DNA of 61,967 nt, the filler included, from a candidate division WOR-3 bacterium (GTDB lineage: Bacteria > SDB-A), in NCBI GenBank assembly GCA_016934535.1. It is 5 parts of 5 records of this genome, joined end to end, with 100 filler letters (N's around TTAATTAATTAA, not from the genome) between each part and the next. Parts side by side here need not be neighbours in the genome. Positions count along the whole stretch, not along the records: positions 15,838 to 34,567 come from JAFGSQ010000069.1; 4 more parts are not named here. The stretch is one strand, 5' to 3'. This document shows, in pieces, positions 19,246 through 29,856 of the stretch. A program made the translations under genes and the position numbers. A model generated the notes under the pieces. It searched no databases, had not been told where the DNA came from, and was given only the letters and a program-made list of their open reading frames with translations. The number at the start of each line of letters is the position of its first letter. The first letter of the stretch is position 1.

Positions 19246-19922
19246 TAAAGTCCGCTAATGCTTATGCCTATGCTGTATGATTCTTCTTTAATGTCAATTT
19301 CGGGAAGAATGACTCTGTCGTTGGACAATCTTCTCAGACTGTTTATTGTCCATGCGAAAGAAACCACTCTCGTCAGAATGGCTCCGGAAATGATGTAAGA
19401 AGCGTTCTGAAGAGCCTCTCTTGAATTTCTTCTCATTCCCCTGTAAAAATCGTATTGTGCCTGTCTTCCGCTCCAGTCCCATGCGTAAGAACCGGAAAAA
19501 CCGTTTTCCTGAATATATCTGAGTTGGGCGTCATAATCATCCGGATAAAGCTTTCTGGCATCTTCCCTTATTTTCAAATTGTAGCTCTCCGAATTTTCAT
19601 ACCATTCGACGGCGTCCCAATATGTTTCGCTTCTCTCGCCTGAATAAGCGCCTGAGTTATCACCCGCGTACATACGGTAGTTGTTAATTATTGAGTTCCC
19701 TTTCCATCTCATCGAAAGGTAGCCGGTCCAAACCAAACCTTCGGCGATGAACAGACCTAACGCGGCTTTTTTGTTGCCGAGCAGAAACTCTCCTGCTCCG
19801 GGAACGAGTATAGAGGCAAACAATACCTTCGATCTGGACGGTGCGGAAAAAATTTCCGATTTGAACGCTATTCCGTTCAGCAAAATATTGAAGGAAATAA
19901 AAGCGATTAATATTTTTTTCAT
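19242..19922 (-). CDS. Hypothetical membrane protein (DUF5683-like)
   Basis: SILVPGAGEF motif and hydrophobic segments; translationally coupled on both sides. Confidence 0.55.
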   Translation of the reverse strand: MKKILIAFISFNILLNGIAFKSEIFSAPSRSKVLFASILVPGAGEFLLGNKKAALGLFIAEGLVWTGYLSMRWKGNSIINNYRMYAGDNSGAYSGERSETYWDAVEWYENSESYNLKIREDARKLYPDDYDAQLRYIQENGFSGSYAWDWSGRQAQYDFYRGMRRNSREALQNASYIISGAILTRVVSFAWTINSLRRLSNDRVILPEIDIKEESYSIGISISGLY

Positions 19923-22900
19923 TTGATCACCGCCATTTTGACAAATTTTACTGTTGTGTTTCCTGAATCCCTGGCTTCAATTCTGAGCAAATATACACCC
20001 GCGGCGAGAAAACCTACATCAAAGCTTTTTTCGTTTATACCTGTAAAAGTGTCTCCGTTAAAAGTATCTTTTTTGTCTCCGGCTATATCGAAAATTGCAA
20101 TCTCTATTTCGTCGACTTCCTCCGACAAAGTATACCTCAGATAGGCAGTGGTTCCTTCAACAGGATTCGGCCAAACGTAAAGATCTGAAAAGTCGGCGAA
20201 CAAAACGGGATTTTGCCCGGGTTGATTTTGTTTCAAGTCGTGAGCCGGGTCTCTGCGGAACATAGGCCAAGGCGATTTTCCCGTGTCTCTTCCGAGACTC
20301 CATCCGCGGATCTTACCGTCATCGACATTGGCTATCAAATCAATAAAACCGTCTCCGTCAAAATCAATAACCGTTGGAGTGCTGTATACTGAATCGCCGC
20401 AGCTCAAAGGAAAACCTCCGATAACTTTTCCTTTACAGTCAAATCCGCATATCCAGCCGCTTATTGTTCCGATTATTATGTCTGTCTTGTCGTCCCCGTT
20501 TACGTCGGCGAGGACAGGCGAAGACTGAACATTGAATGTGTCGCCGAGACTGACGGGAAAACCTTCTAAAACTGCACCGTTCGCATTATACGCGTAAATT
20601 TTACTTCCGAAAGCGGCAACTATATCCAGATAACCGTCATCGTCTATGTCTCCCAACGAAGGAGAAGTGACGTACGATTTTCCTTCGAGTTTTCTGTTCC
20701 ATATATTTTTTCCGTCATAAGTGAGAAGATGAAGACCTCCGTCTCCGCGAAGAACTACAATTTCATCAAATCCGTTGCGATCAATGTCAGCCAGACAAAG
20801 AGAAGAAGTCGTCAAAATCAGAGAGGGTTCGAAAACTCTCCATTTTTCCATCCAAGTTCCGTAAGAGTTCTCGGAATAAGCGTGAAGAACACCGTCTCCG
20901 CCCAAAGCATAAAGAAAACTGTCTCCTAAAACCGGCGTTGACCAGACCCAGTTACCCATTTCCATTGGAAAACCGGGAACTAAGTCTGCTTTACCGTCTT
21001 TGTCGGCATCTTCCATTTTGAAACAGTAAAATTTGTTGTCGTTTGCGCCGACCAATAGTTCTTTCATGCCGTCCCCGTCAATATCAAGAAGTGCTGGACT
21101 GCAAGCCACTCTTGCGTTGACCCTGACGGGAAAACCGTCAACGGCCTGAGGGGGTATCATGTTGGGCAGAGAATGCCAAGCGTATATGTATCCGTTTTCG
21201 TTGCCGCAGACTATTTCTTTCCCGTTCAAAGTGTCACCGTCTGCTTCAGCTATAACAACTGATGTAAACGATTCGGCGTATGTCCTGAAAAAAATTGTTG
21301 TGGTTGATGTGTTTGTTCTCATATACCCGCTTCCGTCTCTTTCAAAAGCATAGACGGTTCCGTCTTCAGTTATTGTCACAAGTTCCAGCTCTTCATCGTA
21401 ATCAATATCGCATATTACGGGAGAGTTGACGTCGAAAGTGCCGATAACGAAAAAAGGAAAGTTGTCGAGAAGCCAGTCGAAACTCACGTTGAACCTTGCG
21501 ATCGTGTCGTTTATTATTCTCAGGCTGTCTATTCTCAAATGTGTGACGGATCCGAAATTGTCGTTTGTGTTAGGATTTGTATAAGCATCAAATCTGGTCA
21601 AACCGCCCGGTTTGAACAAGTCGTATTCATTGCCGTAAAAAGTTGAATTCCAGTTGGTCACTTCGTAATAACCAAGTTCACAGTCCTGTATTCCGTCCGC
21701 TTCCTCAAGGTCTACTCCATGAGGAAATCCGGCATTTACTCTGTTGTCTTCAACTGTCGTGTCAACTTTTACTCTGTCTATATGCCATATTGCAAGGCCA
21801 CCACTGCTGTCGCTTTGCGGAAGGCTGTAGTCGTAGTCGAAAAATTTCACCATTACGCCGCCTCTCCAAACCCTAGTCGCGTTAGAGTCCGGATTGACGT
21901 GTGACGTGTCTCCCGGAGTAGCGGAATATCTGTATGAAATAAGAAAGTGCTCTCTGTTGTTAATTGGGATTTTCACGTAATAAACGGCTGTTGTGTCCAA
22001 GGAACCTCGCCACCTGAGTTCCACGGTTGTGTCTCTGACAATCTCAGAAGGACGGGACCAACGCGGATAACTCATGTACGAAGTATTCCACACATCGTGA
22101 TGAGGAGGGACAAGGCCGTCGAGGTTCCAGTTTCCAGTCCCCATCAGTGACCACCCGTTGCATCCCATAGTCTGACCGGAAACATCGTAAAGATCATACG
22201 CGCCAAGCTGATGAGCAAACTCGTGCGTCAGTCCACCCTGAAGATATGCGACGCCTCCGTCCTGGAAACCGGTCTCACAATACATCACGGCTTCAAAAAT
22301 GGAATCAGTTCTGTTGTTTGCATATATAGGTTCCCCGAAAAGGGCGTCTGCACCTCCGATCCAAACTGCCGGAAGATCGTAGGGACTGTCGCCGTAATCA
22401 GTCTGCCACATAGATCCCGCGTGAAAAAGGACGATTGCATCGTATTCAGAAAATATTATATTTGCCGCTGTGTCTTTGTCGGCTTCATAAACTGCATCAC
22501 GCAACAGATAAAAAAGTCCGTAGACAATGTTCTGCGGTTCTCCATAATAAAGCATCTGGTGCGGAACGGTGTAAGAAGCTGATTCTCCGGCCGGAAATAT
22601 GTCGTAATCAACGTAAAGGAAGTTTTTTGTGTCGCTCAAATAATAATTTTGGAGAGCTTCCATCTGATGACCGAAATATGACAAATTATGCGGTGGATCA
22701 TATCTGAGGTTGTGAGATCCGTCCGAATTATATTCAGGCTCGCCGTTTCCTGTATAATTGAATTTACCGTTGCCGGTTGTCAAGGACGAGTTGTCCTCCT
22801 GGAATTCAACTCTGAGAACCAAAACCTTCATTGTGTCCGTATCCCTGGGACCGTCACCGAATTTATATACCTTTCTCGCCGGAGCATTAAAATGATATCC

Positions 22901-23050
22901 TGCGAGCGGATTGTTTCTGTATAATTCCAGCTCTTTTTCTATAAATCTGCCTGCGTTCCCGCAAAATAAATCTTGCATCTGGCCAAATTCGATGTTAGCA
23001 TTCATGGCCGTTGCAAGCAGGAAGCAGGTTGAAAAGAGAGTCAATTTCAT
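19919..23050 (-). CDS. Secreted M6 (immune inhibitor A-like) metalloprotease with FG-GAP/VCBS repeats and T9SS-like C-terminal domain
   Basis: VLRVEF, FHAG, HEFAHQLGAYDLYD, WSLMGTGNW; DIDxDGxxE/D repeats; YVWPNP...LAAGVYLLRI...VKMAVIK. Confidence 0.82.
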   Translation of the reverse strand: MKLTLFSTCFLLATAMNANIEFGQMQDLFCGNAGRFIEKELELYRNNPLAGYHFNAPARKVYKFGDGPRDTDTMKVLVLRVEFQEDNSSLTTGNGKFNYTGNGEPEYNSDGSHNLRYDPPHNLSYFGHQMEALQNYYLSDTKNFLYVDYDIFPAGESASYTVPHQMLYYGEPQNIVYGLFYLLRDAVYEADKDTAANIIFSEYDAIVLFHAGSMWQTDYGDSPYDLPAVWIGGADALFGEPIYANNRTDSIFEAVMYCETGFQDGGVAYLQGGLTHEFAHQLGAYDLYDVSGQTMGCNGWSLMGTGNWNLDGLVPPHHDVWNTSYMSYPRWSRPSEIVRDTTVELRWRGSLDTTAVYYVKIPINNREHFLISYRYSATPGDTSHVNPDSNATRVWRGGVMVKFFDYDYSLPQSDSSGGLAIWHIDRVKVDTTVEDNRVNAGFPHGVDLEEADGIQDCELGYYEVTNWNSTFYGNEYDLFKPGGLTRFDAYTNPNTNDNFGSVTHLRIDSLRIINDTIARFNVSFDWLLDNFPFFVIGTFDVNSPVICDIDYDEELELVTITEDGTVYAFERDGSGYMRTNTSTTTIFFRTYAESFTSVVIAEADGDTLNGKEIVCGNENGYIYAWHSLPNMIPPQAVDGFPVRVNARVACSPALLDIDGDGMKELLVGANDNKFYCFKMEDADKDGKADLVPGFPMEMGNWVWSTPVLGDSFLYALGGDGVLHAYSENSYGTWMEKWRVFEPSLILTTSSLCLADIDRNGFDEIVVLRGDGGLHLLTYDGKNIWNRKLEGKSYVTSPSLGDIDDDGYLDIVAAFGSKIYAYNANGAVLEGFPVSLGDTFNVQSSPVLADVNGDDKTDIIIGTISGWICGFDCKGKVIGGFPLSCGDSVYSTPTVIDFDGDGFIDLIANVDDGKIRGWSLGRDTGKSPWPMFRRDPAHDLKQNQPGQNPVLFADFSDLYVWPNPVEGTTAYLRYTLSEEVDEIEIAIFDIAGDKKDTFNGDTFTGINEKSFDVGFLAAGVYLLRIEARDSGNTTVKFVKMAVIK

Positions 23051-23169
23051 CCAATCTCCTTTAGCTTGATTGCAGTTTTAACTGAAAATTTGAGATGACA
23101 GAAAATATAATTCATAAGTTGAGAGTAGAAAATTTAACAGAAAATAACCGTTCAGTCAACCTCTACATT

Positions 23170-23400
23170 TTTGGCATGTTTGAAGACATATTCTTATTTA
23201 TATGAGCAATTTTACTTTTATGTTGAAAAAAAATTCAACAACAATAAGAGGAACTATGATAAGCAGCAATATAGAGCAGGTTATAAATTTTACATTTTTG
23301 TGGAAAACAATGTGAATAAACCTTGTTTTATTAACATTTACTTTTTATTGAATGATATTTCACAATTTCCAACAGTTGATAAATGAAAAATTTAAGCAAA
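23170..23400. promoter_or_regulatory. oriC-like DnaA-box cluster upstream of dnaA
   Basis: TGTGAATAA 23311 (consensus), TGTGGAAAA 23299, plus degenerate boxes at 23221, 23356, 23374 in AT-rich DNA. Confidence 0.7.
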
Positions 23401-23406
23401 TAAATT

Positions 23407-24765
23407 ATGCCTGACAAAGAAACTGATAAAAGCGCCGAAAACTGGGAAAGAATAGTAAAGCTTCTGAAAAATGAAGCTCCTTTTGAAGGTCATGAATCTT
23501 TAAATCTCTGGTTTGCCAATTCAAAAGCTTTACATATGGATGACGGAGTTTTAAAGATAGAAGTCCCAAACTCAACAATAAAAGATTGGATAGATCACAA
23601 TTATCTTAAAAAAATTAACAATTTAATAAAAGCAAACTTTCCTAGTAATTTCGAAATTACTTTTATTGCAAAAGAGTTCAACCACATACCTGAACCTGAA
23701 ATTAAAATTGAAACTCAGGAAGCGGTTATAAATATAAGCACGACAAATCTGGACAATAGATATACATTTGACAATTTTATTCAAGGAGACAGCAACAAAT
23801 TTGCTTGTGCAGTCGCCGTTTCTGTTTCAGACAATCCGGGTACAAGATACAATCCTCTATTTATTTATGGCGGAGTCGGCCTAGGAAAGACTCACATTTT
23901 AAACGCCATAGGTAATAAAATAATTCACGGAAGAAAATTAAAACAGATTCTTCTAACCTCGGCTGAAATGTTTGTAAATGAATTGATTGAATCCATAGGA
24001 AAAAACCAGCAAACAATCTTCAGAAAAAAATACAGAAACCTTAATGTTCTGATGATAGACGACATTCAGTCTCTTGTGAGATGGGACAGCGCTCAGGATG
24101 AATTCTTTCACACTTTTAACACTCTTTATAGTTTAAAAAATCAAATTGTAATGACATCAGACAGACCTCCGAACGAAATTCCGAAACTTCACGAAAGGCT
24201 TATATCAAGATTCAGACAAGGATTGATGGTTGAAATTAAACCGCCTGAACTTGAAACGAGAATAGCCATATTAGAAAGATATGCTCAAAATAATCACATA
24301 AATGTCGAAAAAGAAGTGCTAGACGCTATAGCAAGAAAAGTAACAGACAACGTCCGGGTTCTCGAAGGTGCCCTCATAAGACTTTCTGCATTCAGTTCCA
24401 TAGTAGGAAAAGATGTCATAGACATTGAAATGGCGCATGAAATATTAAAGGACATTTTAAAAAGCGAAGAAAAAGTTATCACTCCTGAGATTATACAGAA
24501 GAAAGTAGCTGAATTTTTTGATTTGTCGGAATACGCGATAAAGGGGAAAAAAAGGAACAAATCAATCGCTATTTCAAGACACATTGCTATGTATCTGACA
24601 AGAGAGATGACTGATTTATCTTACAAAGAGATAGGAGAATTATTCGGAAAAAAAGACCATTCTACAGTAATTCATGCTATTAAAAAAATCGGAAAGAAAA
24701 TTCAGGAAGAACAGTCGTTTGCAAAAGAAATCGAAAAAATTAAATCAGACTTGAAAGATAAATAG
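23407..24765 (+). CDS. dnaA: Chromosomal replication initiator DnaA
   Basis: YTFDNF, NPLFIYGGVGLGKTH, IDDIQ, FFHTFN, GKKDHSTVIHA. Confidence 0.98.
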   Translation: MPDKETDKSAENWERIVKLLKNEAPFEGHESLNLWFANSKALHMDDGVLKIEVPNSTIKDWIDHNYLKKINNLIKANFPSNFEITFIAKEFNHIPEPEIKIETQEAVINISTTNLDNRYTFDNFIQGDSNKFACAVAVSVSDNPGTRYNPLFIYGGVGLGKTHILNAIGNKIIHGRKLKQILLTSAEMFVNELIESIGKNQQTIFRKKYRNLNVLMIDDIQSLVRWDSAQDEFFHTFNTLYSLKNQIVMTSDRPPNEIPKLHERLISRFRQGLMVEIKPPELETRIAILERYAQNNHINVEKEVLDAIARKVTDNVRVLEGALIRLSAFSSIVGKDVIDIEMAHEILKDILKSEEKVITPEIIQKKVAEFFDLSEYAIKGKKRNKSIAISRHIAMYLTREMTDLSYKEIGELFGKKDHSTVIHAIKKIGKKIQEEQSFAKEIEKIKSDLKDK

Positions 24766-24985
24766 TGTTTTTGTTTAAAAGAGATGAAAAAAGTGTGGAA
24801 ATCAGATAAACAATATTGACAAAAAGATTAATAATGAAAAAATGTGAATTCTTTGAATTTATAAACAAAAGAATTAACAAGGGTAAACTTAATAACTTAA
24901 TGACATAAACAATGTATCAAGATAATTCACACAGCAACAACAACAACAGATATATATTTAATATTAGTTGAAGAAAGGAGAGAAT
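24766..24985. promoter_or_regulatory. oriC-like dnaA-dnaN spacer with DnaA boxes, trinucleotide repeat and AT-rich tract
   Basis: TGTGGAAAT 24794, TTATAAACA 24859, TAATTCACA 24923, then CAG(CAA)4CAG and ATATATATTTAATAT. Confidence 0.7.
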
Positions 24986-26110
24986 ATGAAATTTAAAACT
25001 TCCTCCGATGTTTTTCTTACAAGCCTGGAACCTCTTTTATCAATCGTTCCTCAGAGAACACCGTATAATGTTTTAAAAAATCATTTGAAAATGACTGCGG
25101 AAAAGAAAAAGATTAAAATTCTTGCCACAAATATTGAAACTACCGGAGAACTGTCATTCGACGCAGACGTAGAAAAAGAAGGTGAAATTGTAATACCGGT
25201 CAAAAAACTGACTGATTTTTTGAGAAAAATTCCTTCTTCGGAATTGAGTATAGAAGCTGTTTCTGGAAAACTAAATTTTATGTATGACAAAGGATATTTT
25301 CATTTACCAACTGTAATGCCTGACGAATTTCCCGAAATTCCTGAAGTTGTGCCTGAAAAAGAAATTCTTTTTAACCCGAGAATGTTAAAAAAAATGGTTG
25401 ATAAAACCGCTTTTGCGATAAACACAATTGGAGCGACTAGCCCTATTGTCGACGGTATTTATTGGAAATTTAAGGGAAAAAATACAGAAATGGTAGGAGC
25501 GAGTAACCACAGACTCGCAAAATTTTCCAATGAAGTCCAAATAAACGCCGATTTTTCTGTAATAATACCTCAAAAGTTTCTTGTACACGTCTCTTCATAC
25601 GTCGAAGAAGAAGATATAAAAATCTCTCTTGGGCAGGAAAGAATCAGTTTTCATATACCTGAAAAGAACCTTTTACTGACAAGCAGACTAATAAATTTTA
25701 ATTTTCCAGATTACAGTAAAATAATATTTGATTCTTCAAAACATAAATTTCAGGTAAATAAAAAAACTATTTATGAAGTAATAGCGAGAATTTCAATTTT
25801 TTCAGATTCTCTATCTTTCAGGATAAAATTGTTTTTTGACAAAGATAATAAACTTGAAATTTCTTCATCTTCAACAGAAAGCGGAGAAGCAAAAGAAACA
25901 ATAGAATATATGAGGAATTCAAAAGGGAATGAAAAAATTAAAATTCCGATTAATTATCACTACATTACTGATATATTGAAAAATATTGAAAGTGAAGATG
26001 TTTTGTTTTTGATAAATGAGACTGATAAAGCTATTGAAATCGTACCTGCTGAAGAAGATCCTGGTGAGAAAGTTGTTTATATTTTGATGCCTTTACATTC
26101 TAAAGACTGA
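24986..26110 (+). CDS. dnaN: DNA polymerase III beta clamp
   Basis: After dnaA; ATNIE, DEFPEIP, ASNHRLA, SRLINFNFPDY, YILMPL; AAGGAG RBS before ATG 24986. Confidence 0.93.
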   Translation: MKFKTSSDVFLTSLEPLLSIVPQRTPYNVLKNHLKMTAEKKKIKILATNIETTGELSFDADVEKEGEIVIPVKKLTDFLRKIPSSELSIEAVSGKLNFMYDKGYFHLPTVMPDEFPEIPEVVPEKEILFNPRMLKKMVDKTAFAINTIGATSPIVDGIYWKFKGKNTEMVGASNHRLAKFSNEVQINADFSVIIPQKFLVHVSSYVEEEDIKISLGQERISFHIPEKNLLLTSRLINFNFPDYSKIIFDSSKHKFQVNKKTIYEVIARISIFSDSLSFRIKLFFDKDNKLEISSSSTESGEAKETIEYMRNSKGNEKIKIPINYHYITDILKNIESEDVLFLINETDKAIEIVPAEEDPGEKVVYILMPLHSKD

Positions 26111-26111
26111 C

Positions 26112-28226
26112 ATGAAAGAAAAAGGTTTTTTATTTTTTAAATTTTTATTGATCCCAATAATTTTTTGCATCGCAGGTACAGTTTTAGGATCGGTTCTTAG
26201 ATTTAGATTCCTTGAAGACAGCATAAAAGATCAGCTACCTCTTGTTAACACACTGGAAAATCCTGCTTCAGGTGTTACAAGGATATACGACAGAAATAAT
26301 AAATTAATTGCCGAATTTTCGACACAGTGGAGAGACCCGGTTCCTTTGGAATCAATACCTGAATATCTCGTAAAAGCAATAATTACAGTAGAAGACAGAA
26401 GATTTTACGAACACAAAGGGATTTCATGGTTTGATATAGCGCGAGCTTTCATTAAAGACATAGTAAGCTCGGAAAACGTATCGGGTGCGAGCACTATAAC
26501 TCAACAGCTTGCGAGAAACAGATTTTTAGGTTTTGAAAAATCCATGCAGAGAAAACTTAAAGAATTTTTTTTGGCCAGGGAAATAGAGAGGAATTTTTCA
26601 AAAAATGAAATACTTGAATTGTATCTCAATGAAATATATTTTGGACAAGGTGCTTACGGAGTAAAAGCGGCGGCAAAAAGATATTTCAATAAAGATTTAT
26701 CTGAACTAACTCTTGCGGAATGCGCATTGATAGCAGGTATTCCAAGACAACATAATTATTATAATCCTATCAGGAATTATAACGCGTCCCTTGAAAGAAG
26801 AAATTTAATATTAAAGATGATGAAAGATTTAGGACAGATTGACGAAGAAACATATAATGCTGCAAAAAGAGAATCTCTTTTAGTAAATGAAGGATACCTG
26901 CTTGGTGGAAAGGCACAGTACTTTGTTGAAGAAGTCAGAAAGTGGCTGATATCTCACTACGGAATCGAGAGAATTTATCAAAAAAACGGCGGACTGGATG
27001 TTTATACGACTCTGGACTTGGACGTTCAAATAGCTGCAGAAAGTATATTGGAAATAAATTTAGACAATCTTGAAAAAACATACAGTTTAAGACCGAAAAG
27101 ACTAGACGAAAACTCAATTGATGAAACGGGTAAAACGAAATATATTCAGGGAGCGCTTGTTTGTATACAGGCAGGAACCGGAGAAGTGCTGGCTATAGTC
27201 GGAGGAAGAGATTTCGAAGAGAGCGAATTTAACAGAGCGACACAGGCGAGAAGGCAAGTCGGATCTTCTTTCAAACCTTTTGTTTACCTGGCTGCCATTG
27301 ACAATGGATTTACTTTAGGAGACGTGATGCTCGACGCTCCGCTTGCAATAGATTTAGGCGGCGGAAAGCAATATAGACCGCAGAATTACGACTTGAAATA
27401 TGAAGGATTCATGACTCTGAGGACCGCATTGGCAAAATCGAGAAACGTCATAGCTGTTAAGCTTTTAAGGCACGTAGGAGCTTCGACGGTTATTTCATAT
27501 GCAAGACTGCTCGGAATAAAAAGCCAGTTGAAACCGGTATTATCACTGGCTCTTGGAACTTGCGATCTGACACTAATGGAAATGACGTCTGCTTTTAGTG
27601 TATTTGCATCCGGAGGAATGAGAGCAGATCCATATATGATTAGAAAGATAGAAGAAAGAAGCGGAGATACAAGAAACATTATTTTTGAGTATACACCTAA
27701 ACCTACAAGAGTCATATCAAAAACAACAGCTTACCTTATGCAAAGCGCCATGAGATCAGTTGTTAGATCAGGAACAGCTACTTCGGCGGCGAGAAATGCA
27801 GGATTGACAAGACCATCAGCGGGAAAAACAGGGACTACTGACGACTACACAAACTGCTGGATGGTCGGTTATACTCCGGATATTTCATGCGGTGTTTGGG
27901 TAGGATACGACAGCTTGAGGACAATATTCAGATCAGCTTCCGGAGGTCTTGTAGCGGCTCCAATATGGGCTTCTTTTATTGTAGAAGCGAGCAGAATTTT
28001 AAAAATACCTTCTAATGATTTTATCGCACCGGAAAATATTGTGTCATTAACTGTATGTACAGAAAGCGGAAAAATAGCTTCATCTAACTGCGAAAATACA
28101 TACAGCGAAATATTTATAATTGGAACTGAACCGACAGAAGTGTGCCCTCTGCACAGAGATTATCTTGGGATGCCGGAGGATCCGGAATTCAAGGATGACA
28201 CGACGAAACCGATTTTGATTTTTTAA
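26112..28226 (+). CDS. Class A penicillin-binding protein (PBP1A family)
   Basis: EDRRFYEHKG, GASTITQQLAR, YLNEIYFG, SSFK, SRN, KTGT. Confidence 0.93.
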   Translation: MKEKGFLFFKFLLIPIIFCIAGTVLGSVLRFRFLEDSIKDQLPLVNTLENPASGVTRIYDRNNKLIAEFSTQWRDPVPLESIPEYLVKAIITVEDRRFYEHKGISWFDIARAFIKDIVSSENVSGASTITQQLARNRFLGFEKSMQRKLKEFFLAREIERNFSKNEILELYLNEIYFGQGAYGVKAAAKRYFNKDLSELTLAECALIAGIPRQHNYYNPIRNYNASLERRNLILKMMKDLGQIDEETYNAAKRESLLVNEGYLLGGKAQYFVEEVRKWLISHYGIERIYQKNGGLDVYTTLDLDVQIAAESILEINLDNLEKTYSLRPKRLDENSIDETGKTKYIQGALVCIQAGTGEVLAIVGGRDFEESEFNRATQARRQVGSSFKPFVYLAAIDNGFTLGDVMLDAPLAIDLGGGKQYRPQNYDLKYEGFMTLRTALAKSRNVIAVKLLRHVGASTVISYARLLGIKSQLKPVLSLALGTCDLTLMEMTSAFSVFASGGMRADPYMIRKIEERSGDTRNIIFEYTPKPTRVISKTTAYLMQSAMRSVVRSGTATSAARNAGLTRPSAGKTGTTDDYTNCWMVGYTPDISCGVWVGYDSLRTIFRSASGGLVAAPIWASFIVEASRILKIPSNDFIAPENIVSLTVCTESGKIASSNCENTYSEIFIIGTEPTEVCPLHRDYLGMPEDPEFKDDTTKPILIF

Positions 28227-28237
28227 GGAGGAGCGAC

Positions 28238-28900
28238 TTGAAATTATTATTGTCGCTGTTTGTCATTGTCATGACTCTTTTCGCAGCGTATTCAGTTTAT
28301 CTTTATTTTACAAAGTATAAGATGATTGAAGATAAATTAATAAGTGTAGAACATGAAAGAAACGCGCTTCTGACTAGAATGGCTTCTGTTGAAGGATTTA
28401 AAGTCAACGACACGTTGATGTCAAAAACGAGCACTCCGTTGACTCCATACGGCAAGGAAATTGTTGATTCGCTGGAATTGCAGGTAAACAATATAATTAT
28501 GGAAGTCGATTCTCAAGTTTTTATAGGAGCGTCGGTTGAAATACCCCTGGATAATTTTTTTGATCCGGAATCTATTACAGTGTGGAAGCAAGGAGGAAAA
28601 GAGCTTTTACAAAGAATCGGCGACATTATTAACAGAAGCGGAAACGTAAAAGTTGTTTTTTCTGTATACGTAGACAGTTATATTCCCGGAGAGGGAGAGA
28701 TTTACGCAATAAAAACCCCATGGGAAGTTGCAGCAAAAAGAGGACTCGACATAGTTCAATTTCTGAATGACAGCTGCGGAACAGTATCAGCTCAAATAAC
28801 ACTTGAAATTTACGGATCACAGTTTCCAAAAGGAGACACGACTACCAGGGAAGGAAGAGTTGCGACGAGAAGAGTTGTTTTTACGCTTTTGGAAAAATGA
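28238..28900 (+). CDS. Membrane protein with degenerate OmpA/MotB-like domain
   Basis: TM anchor and coiled coil; PWEVAAKRG and EGRVATRRV resemble MotB NWELSAARA and EGRAKNRRV. Confidence 0.55.
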   Translation: MKLLLSLFVIVMTLFAAYSVYLYFTKYKMIEDKLISVEHERNALLTRMASVEGFKVNDTLMSKTSTPLTPYGKEIVDSLELQVNNIIMEVDSQVFIGASVEIPLDNFFDPESITVWKQGGKELLQRIGDIINRSGNVKVVFSVYVDSYIPGEGEIYAIKTPWEVAAKRGLDIVQFLNDSCGTVSAQITLEIYGSQFPKGDTTTREGRVATRRVVFTLLEK

Positions 28901-29856
28901 AAGTCCTGGTTCTTTTCTCAGGCGGACTCGATTCTCTGTTAGCTTCCTTCTGGGTAAAAAGTTCAGGATTAGAGCCTGAACACATATTTATAAAAACTCC
29001 ATTCAATAGGTCAGAAAGACCTCAATATTTCGCCGAGAAATACGGATTGAAATTGAACCTGATAGAAACAGATAGAAATTATTTAGAAATAATAAAAAAC
29101 CCTGAATACGGAACAGGGAAAAATCTGAATCCTTGTATAGACTGCCATGCGTTCATGATAAAACAAACGGGAATTTTACTGGAACATAAAAAAGCGGCCT
29201 TCATTGTAACAGGAGAAGTTTTGGGTCAAAGGCCGATGTCTCAAAGAAAAGACGGATTGAGATCGGTAGACAGACTGAGCGGATATGGAGAATTGACAGT
29301 AAGACCTCTTTCAGGCAAATTACTTGAAAAGACTACACCTGAAAAGCTGGGGTGGATTAAAAGAGAAAAAATGTTATCTATTTCAGGAAGAGGTAGAGCA
29401 GAACAACTGGAACTGGCAAAGCAATATGGAATAGACGAATATGAGAACCCGGCAGGGGGATGTCTTTTGACTGATAAAAACATATCATCCAGGACGTTAA
29501 AACTTATACAAAGAAACGAATTCGATAAATTCAACATTGAACTTGTCAGAGTAGGAAGACATTTTGTATCGCGCTCAGGAACGAAAATAATCTTGGGAAG
29601 AAATAAAAATGAAAACGATAAACTCTTTAAAATGAAAAGAAAAAATGACTTGTTTTTAGAACAGAATAAAATAAAAGCTCCTTCCGCGTTAATTCTGTTT
29701 CCCTTCAAAAGCGATGACTTACAGACTGCGGCAGATCTTATTTGTTTTTTTTCAAAAAATAGGAACGGCAACTTCACGATTCCAGCGCCGGTAGGCGAGA
29801 TATTAAGCCGTCAATTATCTGACGAAGAAGTTGAAAGGATGAAGCTGTTTAAATGA
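28897..29856 (+). CDS. PP-loop tRNA thiolation protein (ThiI/MnmA-like, DUF814-associated type)
   Basis: FSGGLDS, NPCIDCH, TGEVLGQRPMSQ, PAGGCLLTD. Confidence 0.8.
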   Translation: MKVLVLFSGGLDSLLASFWVKSSGLEPEHIFIKTPFNRSERPQYFAEKYGLKLNLIETDRNYLEIIKNPEYGTGKNLNPCIDCHAFMIKQTGILLEHKKAAFIVTGEVLGQRPMSQRKDGLRSVDRLSGYGELTVRPLSGKLLEKTTPEKLGWIKREKMLSISGRGRAEQLELAKQYGIDEYENPAGGCLLTDKNISSRTLKLIQRNEFDKFNIELVRVGRHFVSRSGTKIILGRNKNENDKLFKMKRKNDLFLEQNKIKAPSALILFPFKSDDLQTAADLICFFSKNRNGNFTIPAPVGEILSRQLSDEEVERMKLFK

